Shown: piece after piece, positions 6,682-7,777 of the stretch
How positions within the stretch are numbered: position 1 is the first letter of the stretch
Layout: each line of letters opens with the position of its first letter
Source of the DNA: Vitrella brassicaformis CCMP3155
Taxonomy: Eukaryota; Protista; Chromerida
Assembly: GCA_001179505.1 (NCBI GenBank)
Contig: CDMY01000967.1
Span: 1 to 7,777 of the forward strand
Length of the DNA stretch: 7,777 nucleotides
Reading direction: 5' to 3'
Program-made: the position numbers and the translations under genes
The notes under the pieces: generated by a model
The model's input: the letters and a program-made list of their open reading frames with translations, nothing else
What the model was told of the DNA's origin: nothing
Databases searched by the model: none

Positions 6682-7135
6682 GTGCAGGGCGTCGGAAAAT
6701 ATTTCCAGGTGCGGAAGCCTCCACGCGGATTGACGCGTGATCAATGGTCACCCCTGCCATGGTGTAATCCGTCATCACCCGACCTGGAAGCGGCACAGTA
6801 CACCATGCACATCTCCTATTCATGTACAGACGGCGCCGCGATTGGGTACGCACTCGGGGAAGGCAAGCGACACCAATTGACGTCACCCTTCGCAGCGGCG
6901 CGAAGCCGCACAGGCCAACGCCGGCTTGCCTTCTCCGTCCATGCAGTCGCACATGTCGTACAGCTCATTCATCACGCGTCGTGAGAAAGTCAATGTGCTG
7001 ATATTGGAGCGCTACGGCTTCTTTGATTATTTCGTGTATAATGTCCTCACAAAAATATCACAAGAAAAAGAAGAAAAAGAAGAAAAAAAGGAAAAAAACT
7101 CCACATCCACCGGTAAAACAGTTTCGCAAATTTAA
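6682..7135 (+). pseudogene. Putative coding region of unknown function split over two overlapping frames (6682-6984 and 6926-7135)
   Basis: Candidate acceptor gtgcag|ggc at ~6687. Protein-like segments are PRGLTRDQWSPLPW...YTMHISYSCTDGAAIGYALGEGKRHQLT and SYSSFITRREKVNVLILERYGFFDYFVYNVLTKI, followed by a K/E-rich tail. Confidence 0.3.
7062..7098 (+). repeat. Purine-only A-rich tract ((AAGAAAAAG)n-like)
   Basis: Sequence aagaaaaagaagaaaaagaagaaaaaaaggaaaaaaa. Confidence 0.85.
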
Positions 7136-7318
7136 CGTGGAGAAATCCTCCTCACACAAATATCACTCCAGAAATTACCCCGACGCATGGCGCTTTCGCA
7201 TAAATGCGCGTGCGAAATTTATCTCGAAGGAAAGGAAATGACTGAGATCTCGTATCACGCGCGTGCGGAGCGGGAAATCCGGTCCATGGGGCCTCAGCCG
7301 TGGCCAATAGTCAATCAG

Positions 7319-7612
7319 TCAACAACTAATCGTCCTCTGTGGGCACAATTCTCCTGACTTCCTCTTCTTCCCCGCCCTTGTGCGCATGGCCACACACTCA
7401 CCATTTTCCATCTCCGACATGACCTGTTCTTGCTGCACCTCCTCCCGTGGGCTGTGGTGATGATCAAGCACCTTCACCCTAATGTAACAGTGATTACGTG
7501 GCACTTCAAACGTCAGGTGCAGAGGGCCTCTCTCCACCGCACTCTGCTCCTGACGTAGATCTGACGCAGTCTGTCGACAAAAAGCAATCTCTGGGACCTC
7601 ATCTGCTCCCAC
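7319..7612 (-). CDS. Probable terminal exon or remnant of a hypothetical protein
   Basis: Open frame with G-rich first and GC-rich third codon positions (…HLTFEVPRNHCYIRVKVLD…EEVQQEQVMSEMENGE…AGKKRKSG). The GTG start is probably not the real start, and there is an in-frame stop ~14 codons upstream. Confidence 0.4.
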   Translation of the reverse strand: MGADEVPEIAFCRQTASDLRQEQSAVERGPLHLTFEVPRNHCYIRVKVLDHHHSPREEVQQEQVMSEMENGECVAMRTRAGKKRKSGELCPQRTISC

Positions 7613-7777
7613 TATTCTGCAAGCTCTCTTAGCCGATAAGGCCCTTGGGTTTCACGGACCCGGCCCGTGCCCCAAGCCGCTCATCCGCTTCTGCAATAAA
7701 TCTATTCCGAGTAAGGGGCACCCACTGCGTGGGCACCCCGGGCCGCGAATTGGGCGGGGGTCGAAAGCAGCGTGCGA

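Noticed and set aside
6860-7010. Resemblance to PIF1 helicase C-terminal motifs (RxQFP…SQGQ, SHGQLYVALSR)
   Set aside because: The invariant residues are absent, and the alignment needs arbitrary frameshifts.
7358-7559. Leu/His-rich open frame on the + strand
   Set aside because: It is the codon-aligned antisense shadow of the Glu/Gln/Val-rich minus-strand frame, which has the more typical G-rich first positions.
7715-7739. GC-rich imperfect hairpin ggggcacccac-tgc-gtgggcacccc
   Set aside because: 9/11 pairs in GC-rich sequence; probably chance.

Overview
This is eukaryotic genomic scaffold DNA, with microsatellite-rich intron-like tracts and one 300-N gap at 5842-6141. The only confidently recognisable coding sequence is an apicomplexan-type AP2 (ApiAP2) DNA-binding domain exon at 2251-2541. 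That domain and the intron style suggest a chromerid or apicomplexan-related alveolate such as Vitrella (inference). The rest of the window is dominated by decayed coding remnants on both strands and by duplication at several scales: (i) a 1360-bp head-to-tail duplication (4091-5450 / 5451-6453), identical wherever both copies are sequenced, with a non-gap junction and flanking microhomology; (ii) a diverged ~48-nt element at 4004-4051 and 6543-6590, each time between divergently oriented gene remnants; (iii) a dispersed TGCGCTATG-anchored ~30-45-nt motif at four independent loci, one inverted, plus the duplicate copy; (iv) a frameshifted relic of a second AP2 beta-strand just upstream of the intact domain. 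I found no rRNA, tRNA, CRISPR array or recognisable transposase, RT or nuclease. Calls other than the AP2 exon and the repeats are low confidence and need transcript or homology data.
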